Below, piece by piece: positions 24,141-36,939 of a stretch of 64,000 nucleotides of DNA. A program made the translations under genes and the position numbers. Under the pieces are notes generated by a model that saw nothing but the letters and a program-made list of their open reading frames with translations, was not told the origin of the DNA and made no database searches. The stretch lies in assembly GCA_009602725.1 (NCBI GenBank), contig WELB01000013.1, forward strand, positions 353,855 through 417,854, written 5' to 3'. Position 1 is the first letter of the stretch; every line of letters starts with the position of its first letter. This DNA is from Spirogloea muscicola (lineage: Eukaryota).

Positions 24141-24323
24141 ATCTCCCTCGAGATAAGTGGCAGCTAGCGGCAGTCTTGCCGTCCCCTCCCCAATACACGA
24201 GGTTTCAAATACGGTTCTGCACGCGCAGGCGGCCTCGGCCTCCGTGGTCCGCGTCCACCCCCGTGACAGAGCGTCCCGGACGCCAGGCGTCCGTCCGTCC
24301 GTCCCGGTGTTGATCGGCCCTAA

Positions 24324-24747
24324 GGGCCGGGTTACACTGGGGCGGGGTCGGCTGCCGCCGAGGGCACGTGTCGCGCGTTGTACGGAATGACCGCCGTAAA
24401 CTGGCCCGCGCCCGGTCGTGGTCGCACGCCACGAAGGCGCCACATCGGTCGCTGACCAGGACGCCATTACACGGGCGCGTTGATGGAAGAAACGCGCGCG
24501 TTTGCCACGCTGGCGGCCGGAATCCAGACCACCTCCCGAGGTGGTCTGGATTTCAACCAAGCCCCCCCCCCCCAATCCCCGGCCCCCGCCCGAAACGGGA
24601 CAGCTGGCACTAGCCCCTCCAAATAGACGAAAATTCCAAATACCATTCCGCACGTGCAGGCGACCTCGGCCTCCGTGGCAGCGACCAACGCTTGACCCAG
24701 CGGTCAAAAACGATTTTGGCCGACCGACCCGGTGTGTGACCCGGCCC
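24324..24747. mobile_element. Harbinger/Tourist-like MITE, ~424 bp
   Basis: TIRs GGGCCGGGTTACAC ... GTGTGACCCGGCCC, flanked by TAA and TAG; interior similar to both halves of the 21948-24320 element. Confidence 0.8.
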
Positions 24748-27439
24748 TAGTCTGCCTAGCCTGTTGCTCCGTCATGAACACCTGTGTGCATCTCGCTGGA
24801 TTTTTACAGCCGGTTTTTAGTATCAGCAGCCGCTTTATATGCAGCTTCGTTTGACGTCGTGGGTGCTTGAACCCAAACCCCGCCCCGGTCCCTCCGCCCC
24901 TTGGCGGCGGCGGCGGGCGGAGGTCCTCGCGGCGCAGGGCGGCCTTCGCGGCGGTGGGCAGGCGACGCCGCCACCACGGCGGGGGCCGCCAGCTGGGGAT
25001 ACCGGTGAGGCCGGCCACGCCCAGCCCGCCGGCAGCGTCTGCGCCATCAAGTGGTACGTGGATTGAGGAAGAAGCACTCACGTCGCCGTGAACCTTGTCT
25101 CGCCCCAAGCGAGACGAGCGCCCGCCCCCGTGCGGCGACGGCGCCCTTGTCCCCGCGTCTCCGTTGCGGGCGTCGTCGGGATGACCGCTTCTAAACGAGG
25201 CGACGGCGGCGGCGGCGGGGCGAGCCCGGTGATGTCTTACAACAAATAAACTGCCGAGACCGGCCGGGGGGGCCCTCCCCTCGCGGCGCTGAGGACTGAT
25301 CGATAGGCCTGAGGGCTCACGCCGCCGTCTGCGCCACCGCCGCCGCCGCCGCCGTCGTCAGCCCCATGGCCGCCGCACTCCTCACCCGCACCATGTGGGT
25401 TCTCGGCGGCCTTGCAATGGGAAGCAAGGCTGTCAAGCAGACCCTGACTGGTCGTCCTGTTGGTGGTTCCTGCTGCTGCCGCTGCCGTCGCCGCCACAGC
25501 CGCCGGCCTGTGATGACAAGACACACCTTATCTACATTTTCTGACCCCTGAAGATCAACTCCGAGACCTGAGCTGAGGCCGAGTGACCCGCGACCAGCAG
25601 GCGGCGGCGGCGGCCATGGGCCGGTCCAGTCTCGGTCATGCTCTCGGTTCTGGTCGTGCTCGGGTCCAGGGTTTTGGCTGCACCACTAGCAAGCCTGCTG
25701 GTCAGCGGGCTTGCTTAAACCCAAGCTCTCAGACCCCAGCTGTCGATATTGCCAGGTAGCTTCGTCAGTGCAGTCCCCTTGTTGATGAGCTGCCTGTGTG
25801 GTGGGGCCGGGCTGTGACGAACCCACGCTCATGGCAGCGAAGATGCGAGAGGGTGCAACTGTGCGTCCGCTGATCCGCTCTATAAAACCAATGGATCCTT
25901 CTGAGCTCTACCCCGCTGACTCTATGGCGGCCATAGTGGCTGCGGTTGTGAATCATTCAAGTAGTGTGTCATGGTAGTGCAAGTGGTTGCCGTCTGCAGT
26001 GCCCGCCTGGCGAGTGTGGAAGGCTGTGGGATGATGACAAGATTACCCTTTTGTTCAGAGCCATCAGTGTGCTGATCCTCATAGACTACAATTCCCTGAC
26101 CATGGCCTGCCACATCATCAGTTCACGGTTCCACTGAAGCCACAGGCTGTCTTAAACCACACGGTGCCTTCTTGTCCTTCTTGGTTGAAGTCACTTAGAC
26201 GTTGCTTGGCATGTAATGAGTGCAGGCAGAGCCGCCTTACTACGTTCTGGTGTCACCCCGGGTTCAGCACTGAGATGCATTCCTTTGACACCGGAACCCC
26301 ACTTAAAGCTCCTGGTGAGTGATTGCTCATAGTTGCTCATTGGGGAGTTATGATGCGGACTAGGTCGGCAGCCACGTGTTTTTGCAGGATGGTGTTCATC
26401 CAGGATGATGATCGAAGGTGTAATAATAGTGCTCATACCCACCCATACTGGCTGGCACCTTCTGCTGACACCACTCACTGGATGGGAAAGGTAGCTGCTC
26501 AATGACCACATACTCCAGGCCCTCCTCGTCGGCTTCAAGAGACTTGAATCATTGATACGGACTTGCACAGTGCTAGCCGATTGATGAGCTCTGTGATGCA
26601 AGTCATTGGTTCAGGTCGAAAGCATTCCATTGTGATGAAGCAGTGGAACAAATAATCTGGTTCACGCACTGTCATCCATGACTTGCTAGAATCATGTTAA
26701 GGACAGGCTTCAGAGTATTAGCATATACCATGTCAATGCTCTCTCTACACTGGCTAGAGTATTACCTGGCCTACGAATTGCGCCTGCAATGCGCCGACTA
26801 GTCATGTTGCGTGACAGGACTTCAGCCCTGCCTCCTCAAAAGGATCAACAAGCATTTGACTTATATCTTGACACATGCGCTTATTCCAATAAACCGTACA
26901 CTCCCACCTCCTCTGTGGCAAACTTAAAGAACCCGTCATAGATGACAGTCCAAGTCACTTTGCAACAGTGTTCACGCTTGGGAGGATGCACTGCACCAAG
27001 TATGAAAGGCAAAGTCTTGTATCTGGCAAGACTCCCGAGCTAACCAGCTGGAGTGACCAACATGATCAGTTCACCTTGTACATCATGGAGCCCATGTTAG
27101 CACTCTGGGGCCTGCGACCTAGAAGCACTTTGCTTTACCGACCACCGATGTACAGATGCACTACCAATCGTAGGACACTCCTGCACTTCTGCGGCCTCCT
27201 TTGATGCAGATACTCTTGCAAAGGATCACTAAGACAAGCATTTCTGGGCAGTGCACTTGATACTGGTATTAAAGTGTCGCTTTCCACAGTTGCATTGGCA
27301 GCCCAGCAGCATGCCCAGTAACATACGGAGTCGTTCCAAGTGCAGCAGTAAGATTACACATATAGTCCATTGTAGTAAGAGATAAGCTACCAAAGAGAGG
27401 AGAAACTCTAAGCATCAGATCAGCCTAAGTCCAAGAAGA

Positions 27440-30400
27440 TCAAATGCCACCTAGCACCCGCTTGCGCCTGTGAAACAATAATGCGAAGCCCACAACAGGA
27501 AAGGTGATCGCCAGTGCACCATATCCCAAGAGCCACCGCTGGCGGCTGCTTGTGGTACCCCACAAGCCTCCCCGGACAGACTCGTTTAGCATCTCTAACC
27601 TGTCAATCGACGCAAATCCAAGGTTCAGAAAGCGCTAGATGATGAAGTATTAGTGTCAAGAATTCCTCAAGGTGTGCGACTTGAGCACGACTCGCTTTGA
27701 CTGACTTTACGATCTTGCAGTCTTACACCACATCTGTGACAAGCTAACAGCAAACAAACTCAAGGCAGTGCCAGCCATCAACATAGGATATGTTGCATGC
27801 ATGATGTGCTCCGTCAACACAGGCTCTAACCTTGTGCCTTCAGCCACAGAAACCTGCTGCTGCAAAGTCTCCTCAAGTTTCTCTGCTTGTCAAGGACAAC
27901 AACATAAGAGTGTGCAAGCATTCAAACAGCAGGGCTTAGAAGAATGTTGAAGGGGGAAGAATCAGCTTGTAGAGAATCTTAGAACCACTGCCAAAAAACT
28001 GACCTCTGCCAGGAGCATTGCCAGAGTCAGTTTCTTTGTGAAGCATTGATAGAATCGTCGCTGCACTTGTTGCAACTGAGGCTGCTGCTGCAGCTATTGC
28101 GGATGTGGACGTCACCACCGCAGACGTGTCGTTACTGGATGCCCCACTAATTGCCAACATCTGTGTATTTGCGGCTGCATCATCTGGCATTGCCTTCTGC
28201 ATCTGGAGATACGGAGAGGAGAAGCAGGCACGCCATACACAAGCCTTCATCAAGCAGTGCAAGCAATTGGTACTCACGCTGCCCACCACGGCTGTATTGG
28301 CATGTCATGAGGCTTCTGACAGGTCCAGATGTTGCAATCTGGCATGGCAAAGCATCATAGAAAAATGGTCGCGCATGATGTGCAAAACAGGTGTCTTCAC
28401 CTGTTCAAGAAGGTGTGTGAAGATCTGCTTCAACAACCAAATGTCATTTGCAGACTTGAAACTTAGGGTCATGCTTATCTCATGCACCTCTGCTACCAGC
28501 CTTTTTTGCTCCTCGTTCTCTTGAACTTGTTCAGTTGGTGAACCCATCATATTGCCTGCACAACATAAAGTATCAATCAGTGGCCTTTATTGCTTATGAC
28601 TGCATTGGATGACTTGACAGGAATTTAATGGAGAGAAGAGAGGGCCCATAACCAGAAACAGATTAGTGGGCTGTTCCAACACGTGTGTTGCTAGAAGGTA
28701 CACAGAGATGTGCAGGAGGTCTTCTGTCAACCTTAACGACCAAGAAATTCAGCCCAGCAATCCTGATTGCATAGGTGGAGAAGTACACAGACTAAATCTA
28801 ATTGGATGCTGCTCTTCTACACATTCACACATATGCGTACCATCACCATTAGGTGTTTGCAATGGGTTTCCCAGCCTTTCTTTGCTATCCATGTTATCAA
28901 TATCTGCAACGGGAGCTGCAGCCATGGCAGAGGAAGAGAGAACCATGAAGGGTGCTCTATCAAAGCTGGATTGCATAGACTTGCCCTCGTGTTGCGAGGC
29001 CTGCCAAGCAAGTCAAATCATCAAGATGTTAGTGACTATCGTAATGACAGCCTTGAAGTAAATGAGTATCTTAGGAGTACAGCACAACTTCTAGCATGTC
29101 AGCATATTGTCTGCGTGTCACAATTGGCCATCTTGAATACACACATCACTCCAGTGTTACCTGCTGGTTTTTGAGTGGCGGCGATGCAGCCAAGGTAGCT
29201 GCTAGAAATTTGAACATTGGACTCATCCACCTGCTCACAGCCAGGATCTTACACGAGATTTTACGGCAGCAGAATAGTACAACATCATGCCAGGATGAGA
29301 TGCTTCGAAGAAAATGATGTGTGCTAAGGTGATGCTGTAGATTGTTGCGCTGGGCCTATCTTATCCTAAACTTTGCATGACTGTTAGCAATGGTGAAGTT
29401 TTACACACAACAAGCAGCTTCCAGTAAAGGACCCCTCCACATGGTTGTGCACATATTCACCACATAGTGTGAGCAGTGATGCCCTCCAAGTACGCCAGAT
29501 GACCCCCAGCTTGAGTTGTTACAAGGATCACATTTGGGTTTGCCCTGCACATGCAGAAGGCATTGTCAGGACTTGCGAGTGTAAGGGTGCATATATAAGC
29601 TCCTCTATTGCACAATGTCAAGGCCAGATAGTTCTGTCCAGCTTGACTCAATAACAGTGTTCGGCATGTGTTACTCTGGCATGTGTCAGTCAGCAAAGAA
29701 GAAAATGACATCTCATCATTAGAGATAAGACAACTTGTACAGGGCACCTGTCCATTACCTACACTCATCCCAGGGTATGGCTTCCTTTGTGCAGATTGGA
29801 TCGTCAAGAGCGCTGATGCACAAAAGCGGGATGCCTACTCCAGATACATAAGGGGCACAGCTTGATTTCCTATAGTAAGTGTCCACTGTCTGCCACCAGT
29901 TAGAGACTGAACAATACTTAGTCCTCTCCTCCACCAGATGATGCAGACTCAATGAGGGTGCACATGTTGAAGCCTTCTCGCTTCGCTTAAAGTTACTCAA
30001 AGAAACTTTATAAGCGGAAGGCAAAGAAACAATTGTATTCAGATGAATCTCACTAAAGGGATACGAGTTTAGAGTTGCTATGTCAGCCAAAGGCTGCTCA
30101 ACAAAGCAAGCATATGAGCTACATATATTTCGAAAGACTGCTGAACTACCTCAAAATTGCCACATATCCTTGTGATCCGATCATCAAATTCACGAATCGT
30201 TTGAGACTGCAATTGACAGGATTGGTGTGTATCACAACAGAAAGTACTTCCAATATTATGCATGTAGCTATGAGATAAGACTGGCCATGTCACTTTGTAA
30301 ATTGAGCAGAGCCGAACAGTTGCAGACATCACAGGAAAGTCATCAACCAGTACTAGAAAGATGGAGAGCTATTGAGTACTTGGAAGAGGTAGTCCCAGTT

Positions 30401-32996
30401 TGCAATTCTGGAGAATATATCTTTATGCCTGTACATCAGTCAGTGATTTCAGTCCTGGAACTTGCCATACCTTCGGGCAAAAACAGCAGGCAGCTCAGAA
30501 AACAACCCCATAGACTGTGCCGTCAATTTACTCTGAGATTCTAATCACTTCTTCCCATGTCTGTGCTCTTGCACTCTGCTTCTTCAGTATTGGCGAGTGC
30601 ACAGTAATCAAAAGTAGAAGTGAAAGAAAAGAGGAAGACAGACGACCAAGAAGGGTTTTGGCAAGTATCTATATCAGAAAAAGAGAGTTGACCTGAGATC
30701 TTACAGATTTGCAAATCCCTTGAGCCCTATTGCTAAAGCGGCATTATAGAATTTCTGCAAATGCTTACGGTGCATCCAGCGATCACAGACCTGAAAAAAG
30801 AAAAAATAAAGAAAGAAAAGAAGAGGTACGAAAAGGCATCAGCGAGGAGTGGTCCTCTGTTGACTTGGAGATAAGGTCGAACTTAACAACAAAACACCGG
30901 TGCACTACTTACACTCACTTTTCTGAATATTGCTTTACACCCCATGTCAGTGCTCTGCTATACATTATCTGCTTACTCCTCCTAAGCAGAGCCCTATCCA
31001 TCACCTGAGCAAATTGCAAGCTGTCCATGTATTACTAAGTCATACTGCCATCCTACAGTATAAAGTTTGTCAAAGATCACCATATGCAGTGCCATTGTGA
31101 CTTCTGCATGCACGTATTGAAAGTTGTGCATGCATGATCGACCACCTAAGATTGGCATACCAGTAAATCCCAAGGATTACCCACTGTGGCTGCTGCTAAT
31201 AATGGAGTGTTAGAGCCTTCCTCTCCCAAGTATTTCACCTATATGCCAATCCAAGGTAGTCAATCATGGAGCAGTCTTGCAGGCTCACTTCTCTTCCATA
31301 CTTTCACTAGGAGAACTAGTGGTCACAAAATATGCGGTCGCCTACAAACGCTTGCACACGCTCTCGTCAGCAGCATCAAGGGTACCAAGTAGATACTGGA
31401 CAAGTTTGTGTGCCAAGATACCAGAATGTTAGCACCCAGGCTAGTACCGACGGCCACAACAGCACCATTAGGCTTCAGCTCTCTGACGTGATTAATAATA
31501 CACCGCAGATCCTCCGTCCAACCAGCGTTGTAGAAGGTGTCTGACTGCAGTCAAGCAAAGGCTGTTTGTTGGTGCATCTCTGCAAGTACATCAAATGCAG
31601 TAGCAAAGCATAGATGTAAATTCAATGCCAAGGGGGAGACAGATCATTTATGCATAGATGTTGCTTCTAGACAGCCTCAAGTCTGTTGGAAGCATAGCTG
31701 AACCATAGTTCAGCACGTATATGAAGCATACCGTGAGAGACACGCCACCAAGGCCTCTGTGATTAGTGACGAGGACTTGCCAGCCGAGTTGAAGAAGACC
31801 TTTAACTGTTTGCAGGATATACTGCGAAGTAAGTTGCATCACGCCATGCCAGGGAAAGTGGTCTCTCTCAGCTCAGCATAAGTAGAAAGGCAAGCGCTCT
31901 GTAGCTTAATAGCAAAAGAAGCGCGCAAGGATTCACTGTGGGTGATAACTCACCCCACTCTGGGAGTCACTTGTCAGGCCAGGAACAAGAACAACCACAG
32001 GTGTTCTATCGGAGCCTGCATGAAGTCCTTCCTTACCACCTGCTGGTGCATCAACTTCGATCTAATCAGCCTGGCAGCTAATGGCAATCCAAAGTTGGCA
32101 TCATCAGCTGCCTGCCCAGCTGGGCCTTGCAAGGGTTGGGAGACTGCCGACAGTACCTGGAGGGTCAGCCCAATCAAGAGCTAGCGTGCCACCATCAGGT
32201 GTTTTAAGCAACTCCCTGGTGTCATACAACAACAAGCATGTCAATTTGAATACATGAGAGCCCTCTGCACAAGTGGCCTTCTTCTCTTTACACGAGAAGG
32301 GGAGCTCCTCACCTCCGATAGTCAATACTAGGTGCGTGAACTGCAAAGTGTAAGAAGGCTGTCTGGAAGTGTGGGCTGCAGAGCCAAGGCGTCAACCAGA
32401 TCCTGAAGTGCAGGTGGAGAATCAGCAGGATATTAGGGACACAGACTATATGATGGATGCACAACGACCTCTGTAAGAATACAAGAAGGCCTTCTTGTAC
32501 ATCTAACCAACTCTTGAGACTGACTGCTTTAAAATGCGCAAGTATCTGCAGACCATGACAAATCTTAGGTGGCGTTCTTGCAGAACAATTTGGACTTGCT
32601 TGATTCTCTTTCAAGACTAGGCACCTGAGGTAGGTTAACTATCTACTTACTTTCTCTACGGCAAGACGCAACGAAGTGTGTCGATCCTTCGTGAGATGCA
32701 CAAGAGGCCATATGCGGCAAGTTGAGCTTGTAAATGTGGAGTTTCTCGCCGCTGACTTACTTCTTATACAGCTCAGAGCAGTGCGGTAGCACCGCTTTGG
32801 CGACGTGAGAGTCCGGGTGGTAGACGAGGCTGACTGAGTCACCGACGAAGAGCTGGCGAAGGAGGCGGAGGTCGAGCCAGCGGTAGAGGCTGATGGCGAG
32901 TAGCAGCAGAGCCAGCGTGACCGGGTCCCATAGCGTCGGCGCGGAGGCGGCAAGCAGGCCGCGAGGCTCTCCGATCTGGTGCGGCGCGGCAGCCAT
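27440..32996 (-). CDS. Alpha/beta hydrolase, EMB8/ABHD1-3-like, multi-exon
   Basis: N-terminal hydrophobic stretch, TPWLCSPHFQT, DGGTLALDW, NHRGLGG, GTSLGANIL (nucleophile), ISALDDP, GGHLAYLEG; last exon RWLLGYGALAITFPVVGFALLF ends at TGA 27440-27442. Confidence 0.87.
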
Positions 32997-33251
32997 GGCG
33001 GGGCCGGGGGCCGGCGGGGAGTGCTGTTGCGGCACTCGCAGCCGCCTGTCCGCGCTGTCTCGAGTTTCCGAGGCAGCTTTGCTCGTTTCAAACACACGAA
33101 ATTGTCTTTGCTCGGCGCTTCTACGCTTGTCACACGACTAGCTGTTGCTACGTCGCCGCCCGCCATGAGAGCTCTGCCGGCACGTCCAGTCCCATCTGGC
33201 AACAGCTCGATTGCCCCAACTTATCATTCTGGCAGATTTTCTACGCGCTAA

Positions 33252-33658
33252 CTCCAGGGTACTGCAATGCACCTTCACTTGTGTACTTTGTTACCTTAGC
33301 CCGTCGTAATTTTCTTTGTTACTCTCTTACACAATGTACTGCCTTGCTTTGCCCCCTCTCATTTCATGTGCACTAATCCCTTCTATTAGTCCTCTTCCCC
33401 GTAAGAAGCGCAACCAATTCACGCTCAATGCACGGCCAGCCGCCGTAAGTGTCCATAGTGCACGTAGGCTCCTTTAATGGGGACTTTGTTGAGCGCGAAA
33501 TCTGTGGCGCTTCTTACGGGGGAGGCGATGGTGCGCGGTACGCATGAAATGAGAGGGAGGCCAATGCAAGCCAGTACACTCCCTGTAATAAATTCAAAAA
33601 ACGAGCTAAGATAATGAAACAAGAAACACAAGGACAGGGTGTCTAGTACCTAGTGAGC
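33252..33658. repeat. Long imperfect inverted repeat (foldback / MITE-like)
   Basis: Nested complementary blocks CCCCGTAAGAAGCGC/GCGCTTCTTACGGGG, CTCTCATTTCATG/CATGAAATGAGAG, TGTACTG/CAGTACA, CTTGTGT/ACACAAG. Confidence 0.75.
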
Positions 33659-34009
33659 ACATAGACATTTGCCAGACTTAAGTGGGGCGCCGGAGCGCAG
33701 GAGCACCACCCCGCAAGCCAGTGGCCTGGCTTGGTGCGTTCCAGCACGCTGACATTTAGCTAGAGCCTGGGCACGCTGCAAATCAAGCGAGAGAGCATCT
33801 TATTATGAGCGACCAATTCTGCGGGACGCTAGTATGCCTGAGCTACCGGCCCGATGATGACGGCGCGCATCGACCAGGTGGTCCAGGCGATGGAGGGAGG
33901 ACAACATGATACAGTAGCCGCCATAGATGTCCATATTGCACGGATAAAAGTGGTCTTCATGGAGGTGGTCCTTGTAGTCGGCTCCTTCTCTGTAGTGCTT
34001 CTCGTGCCA

Positions 34010-34620
34010 CCAGCTAAGGCTCGACCAGCTTTCCGGTTCAAAGCATGAGCCTGAGCTTCCTACAAACAGGCTAACACACAGCGTCGCGAAAATGACAAAT
34101 AGGCTGCCGGCGTGCCCATCTCGGCTGGAAGCATATCCTCACGTCGTGCATATCCAAAACATGCGATGTTCTCAAGTAGGGTATGAAAACGAGGACCCAT
34201 GCAGCCAAAGGTGTCAATTGCAGCTGGTAGGAGGTGATCGTCACGGGGGTAGTCAGAGTAGTGCTGCAGCTTTATCTGCTCTGCACTTCCCACTGCGTGG
34301 CCAGCAATGTGGGTCGATGCTGGACTCTTTTATGCCTCCGTCACAATCTCATCGACCAAGGCTCGTGGACCTTCGCCAGATTGTACGCCCACAATGTCTA
34401 GGGTGCGACGGTGATGGTGTCCCTAAGCGTCCGTGGTGATGGGCATGAAATTGATCACCTCCACAATGGCGCGATAGCCGGCATCCCGCATCAAGTCTGC
34501 TAGGGCCATCCGTAGTGAATTCTGAAAGTCCACCACTTTAGGGCCAGTAGGACATCGCAGCATATGTGTAGCGCAGAGTCCGGCCTCCGCGAAAGCCGCA
34601 CTCACACCGACAAAGTTGAT
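34010..34620 (-). mobile_element. Degenerate RLE-type non-LTR retrotransposon fragment, divergent second family
   Basis: Reading through in-frame stops: THMLRCPTG...RRTLDIVG...ALVDEIVT...LLPAAIDTFGCMG...AQAHALNRKAGRAL. Confidence 0.7.
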
Positions 34621-35039
34621 GCGGCTGCTGCTGACTCGGGGTTACTAAGCTCCCATATGCTGTGGTCTCTTGCATGTCTGTGTGGCTTTGGCTCGTTGGA
34701 CCTTGTCCGTTCTGTCTAGGCTGGCCATCCACAGCCCCCGCCCCCTTTGGAAAAGCTCACTTCTTCAAGCAGGTGGGGGGCAGGCCAAGGAACAGGTGGA
34801 GGAACGCCCGATAGGCCTCGGGGCTGATCTTGAAGGCCTTGTGGATGGCATAGAAAGTGCTCGCCCTTAGAGGAGAGGGGCTGGCAAAGCCAGCCTAAAA
34901 AGAATCAATGTCCAAAGCCACAGAAGAAGGTGCCGAAAAAGGACTACACAACAAAACACGGGACTACACAACAAAACACGAGACGATGCAGACGGAAGTT
35001 CAGTACCCGTGAGTGAGCAACAGGTTTATCGCATGCCCT

Positions 35040-35142
35040 TCTGTCAGGGGGATACTTTTCCGGCAGCTAGCTGTCGGATTTTAGGCTCCTCACTCGTAGC
35101 TACTGAGTGGTCCCTCCTCCCGTTCTGACATCGCATCTTCAG
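35040..35142 (-). mobile_element. Short internal fragment of the CRE-like 3' end
   Basis: Sequence TCAGGGGGATACTTTTCCGGCAGCTAGCTGTCGG...CACTCGTAGCTACTGAGTGG matches 23627-23730. The match reads on the plus strand as written, so orientation is that of the 23130 copy. Confidence 0.55.
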
Positions 35143-35639
35143 GCCATTTGGCCATTTGACCTTCATTTCTTTCAAATACACGAACTTTTCAGGCCCCTCC
35201 GTCATTGTGGCTTTAGGCCCCTTGTCATGAGATATCCCGTCGGTGGCCCATTTCTGTCGACCTGACAAGAATGGTGACGTGGAGGCGTACGTGGACATAA
35301 CAGGTGGACTCACATATGCTTGAGTGTGAATGAGTCGCAACCAGGTAACCCCCGGCTCCACGTCAGTCAGGAAAGGTGCGCCCCAATCTGGCTCAGTGTC
35401 GGAGCACCATCCGATCCGCCGCCGTCCCTTCCCCATCAACGGCAAGCAGCCCCTATCCTGCCGCCCGAACCGCTCAAATGAAGCCCAAAAGAAGTCGAAA
35501 AGCCCTGAAGAAGGGCTCGCCCATTGAGGACAGGGGCTGGAAAAGCCAGCCCAAAAAAGAATGAACAAAGCACGAGAAGGGGGCCAGGGAAGCGCTAAGC
35601 AAAACAAGCACAACAAGAACCAAAGTAGCTACGTATTAC

Positions 35640-36380
35640 TCAGTAACCCCTGCTAAACAGCCTCAGGGCAGAGAAGCTAGGCTCCTGGAAGTGGGTCCCC
35701 TGGCCAGAGCCAGAGGCAGCAGCGAGGGCTCTGCCGGCACGCAGGTGCAGCGCGCGGGCCATAGACCTCTGCAGCGAGACGGCCAAGCACATCCGGGTAC
35801 ACCTGCGCTAGCGACCCGGCTGCAGGAAAGTCCCCCGGCTCCCCATGGTTTCCCGCCGATGATCAGCGTACTTGAGCTACTTAGCTCGAGCGTCGCAGGC
35901 GACCGCATACCCAGCCTTGATGGCACATTGGGCTAAGTTTGAGCGGTCGTATGCGTCTGTGGTCACCACGTCCAGGATGAAACGTGGCCCGCCGGCTTGT
36001 GGGGTGGCCACAAGGTCTACGCGACGTGCGTGGAGACCGTCAGCCCTTTGCTGGAGCGGCATGACAGCGGAGTTCTCCGCTGCCACCGAGAAGCCAGCCT
36101 CCACCAGGATGCCATGCATCGCATCCCGGAGGCGGTCGTGGGCCGCTGTCCGCTCTCCGCCGTGGGAACAGCGCAAAACATGAGCGGCCAGCTCCCCAGG
36201 CTCGGCCCCTCGCTCGCCATATTCACACTGACGCACACCCTGGAGACATGGCGGCGGCAGGCCCAGGAGCCGGTGGACGGCACTGCGAAATATCTCGTCC
36301 GGGAGAGTGAGGGCGAGCCCGCTTCGATGGGTGTGACCCACCTTGACGAGCAATGGCGGGTACCGGCAAGGCTAGCGGCG
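35640..36380 (-). mobile_element. 5'-truncated, internally deleted CRE-like retrotransposon with zinc knuckle and RLE
   Basis: ORF 35877-36353: CEYG...AHVLRCSHGGERTAAHDRLRD, RRVDLV...ILDVVTTD, then RLAVSLQRSMARALHLRAGRALAAASG. Confidence 0.8.
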
Positions 36381-36939
36381 GGTAAAGGTAGGTAGTGGTA
36401 GAAATTACAGTCTCGGGCTACACTGACCTTTGAGACGGTCTCAGGCTACACCGGCCTTGAGACCTGGGGTGCCAAAAGGCCAAATGGCCAGCTCCCCAAC
36501 CCAATGATTAAAATTAAAAATCAAAAAACAATGATAAGGGGTGCGGAGGGTCGGGGCCGAGCAGTCCACTCGGCGCCGTCTTTTGCTCTTGCCAGAACTG
36601 CCCCCAGCGCCGCCGCCGCCGCCGTATTGCCGTCGGGTGTCTTCGCTACTGTCGAGCCACGCCAGGAAGGCGTGGGCTCACAGGAAGGGCAGCCGCGCTG
36701 CTAAAAACAGCCTTACCTTGGGTGACTCCGCCGCCGGTCGCGTCCTTTACTAGACTATCTTTTCAGAAATGTTCCTATCTGCAGAAGTAGGAACACCTCA
36801 ATTTCGTGTGTTTACTTTTATTCACAATGTGTTGTGCCGCTTGTCTCGTTGACTCCAACATTTCACCTGAACTTTTGAATACTCTGTAATATCGACATTA
36901 TCTGGCACTCGGACGTTGTGTGGCGCGACACCCTCCGTT

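Larger units (their letters stand above)
21948..24320. mobile_element. PIF/Harbinger-like non-autonomous element interrupted by nested retroelements
   Basis: Left TIR GGGCCGATTTACACCGGGACGGACGGA; right end reverse-complements to GGGCCGATCAACACCGGGACGGACGGA; TAA on both sides (21945-21947, 24321-24323). Confidence 0.8.
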
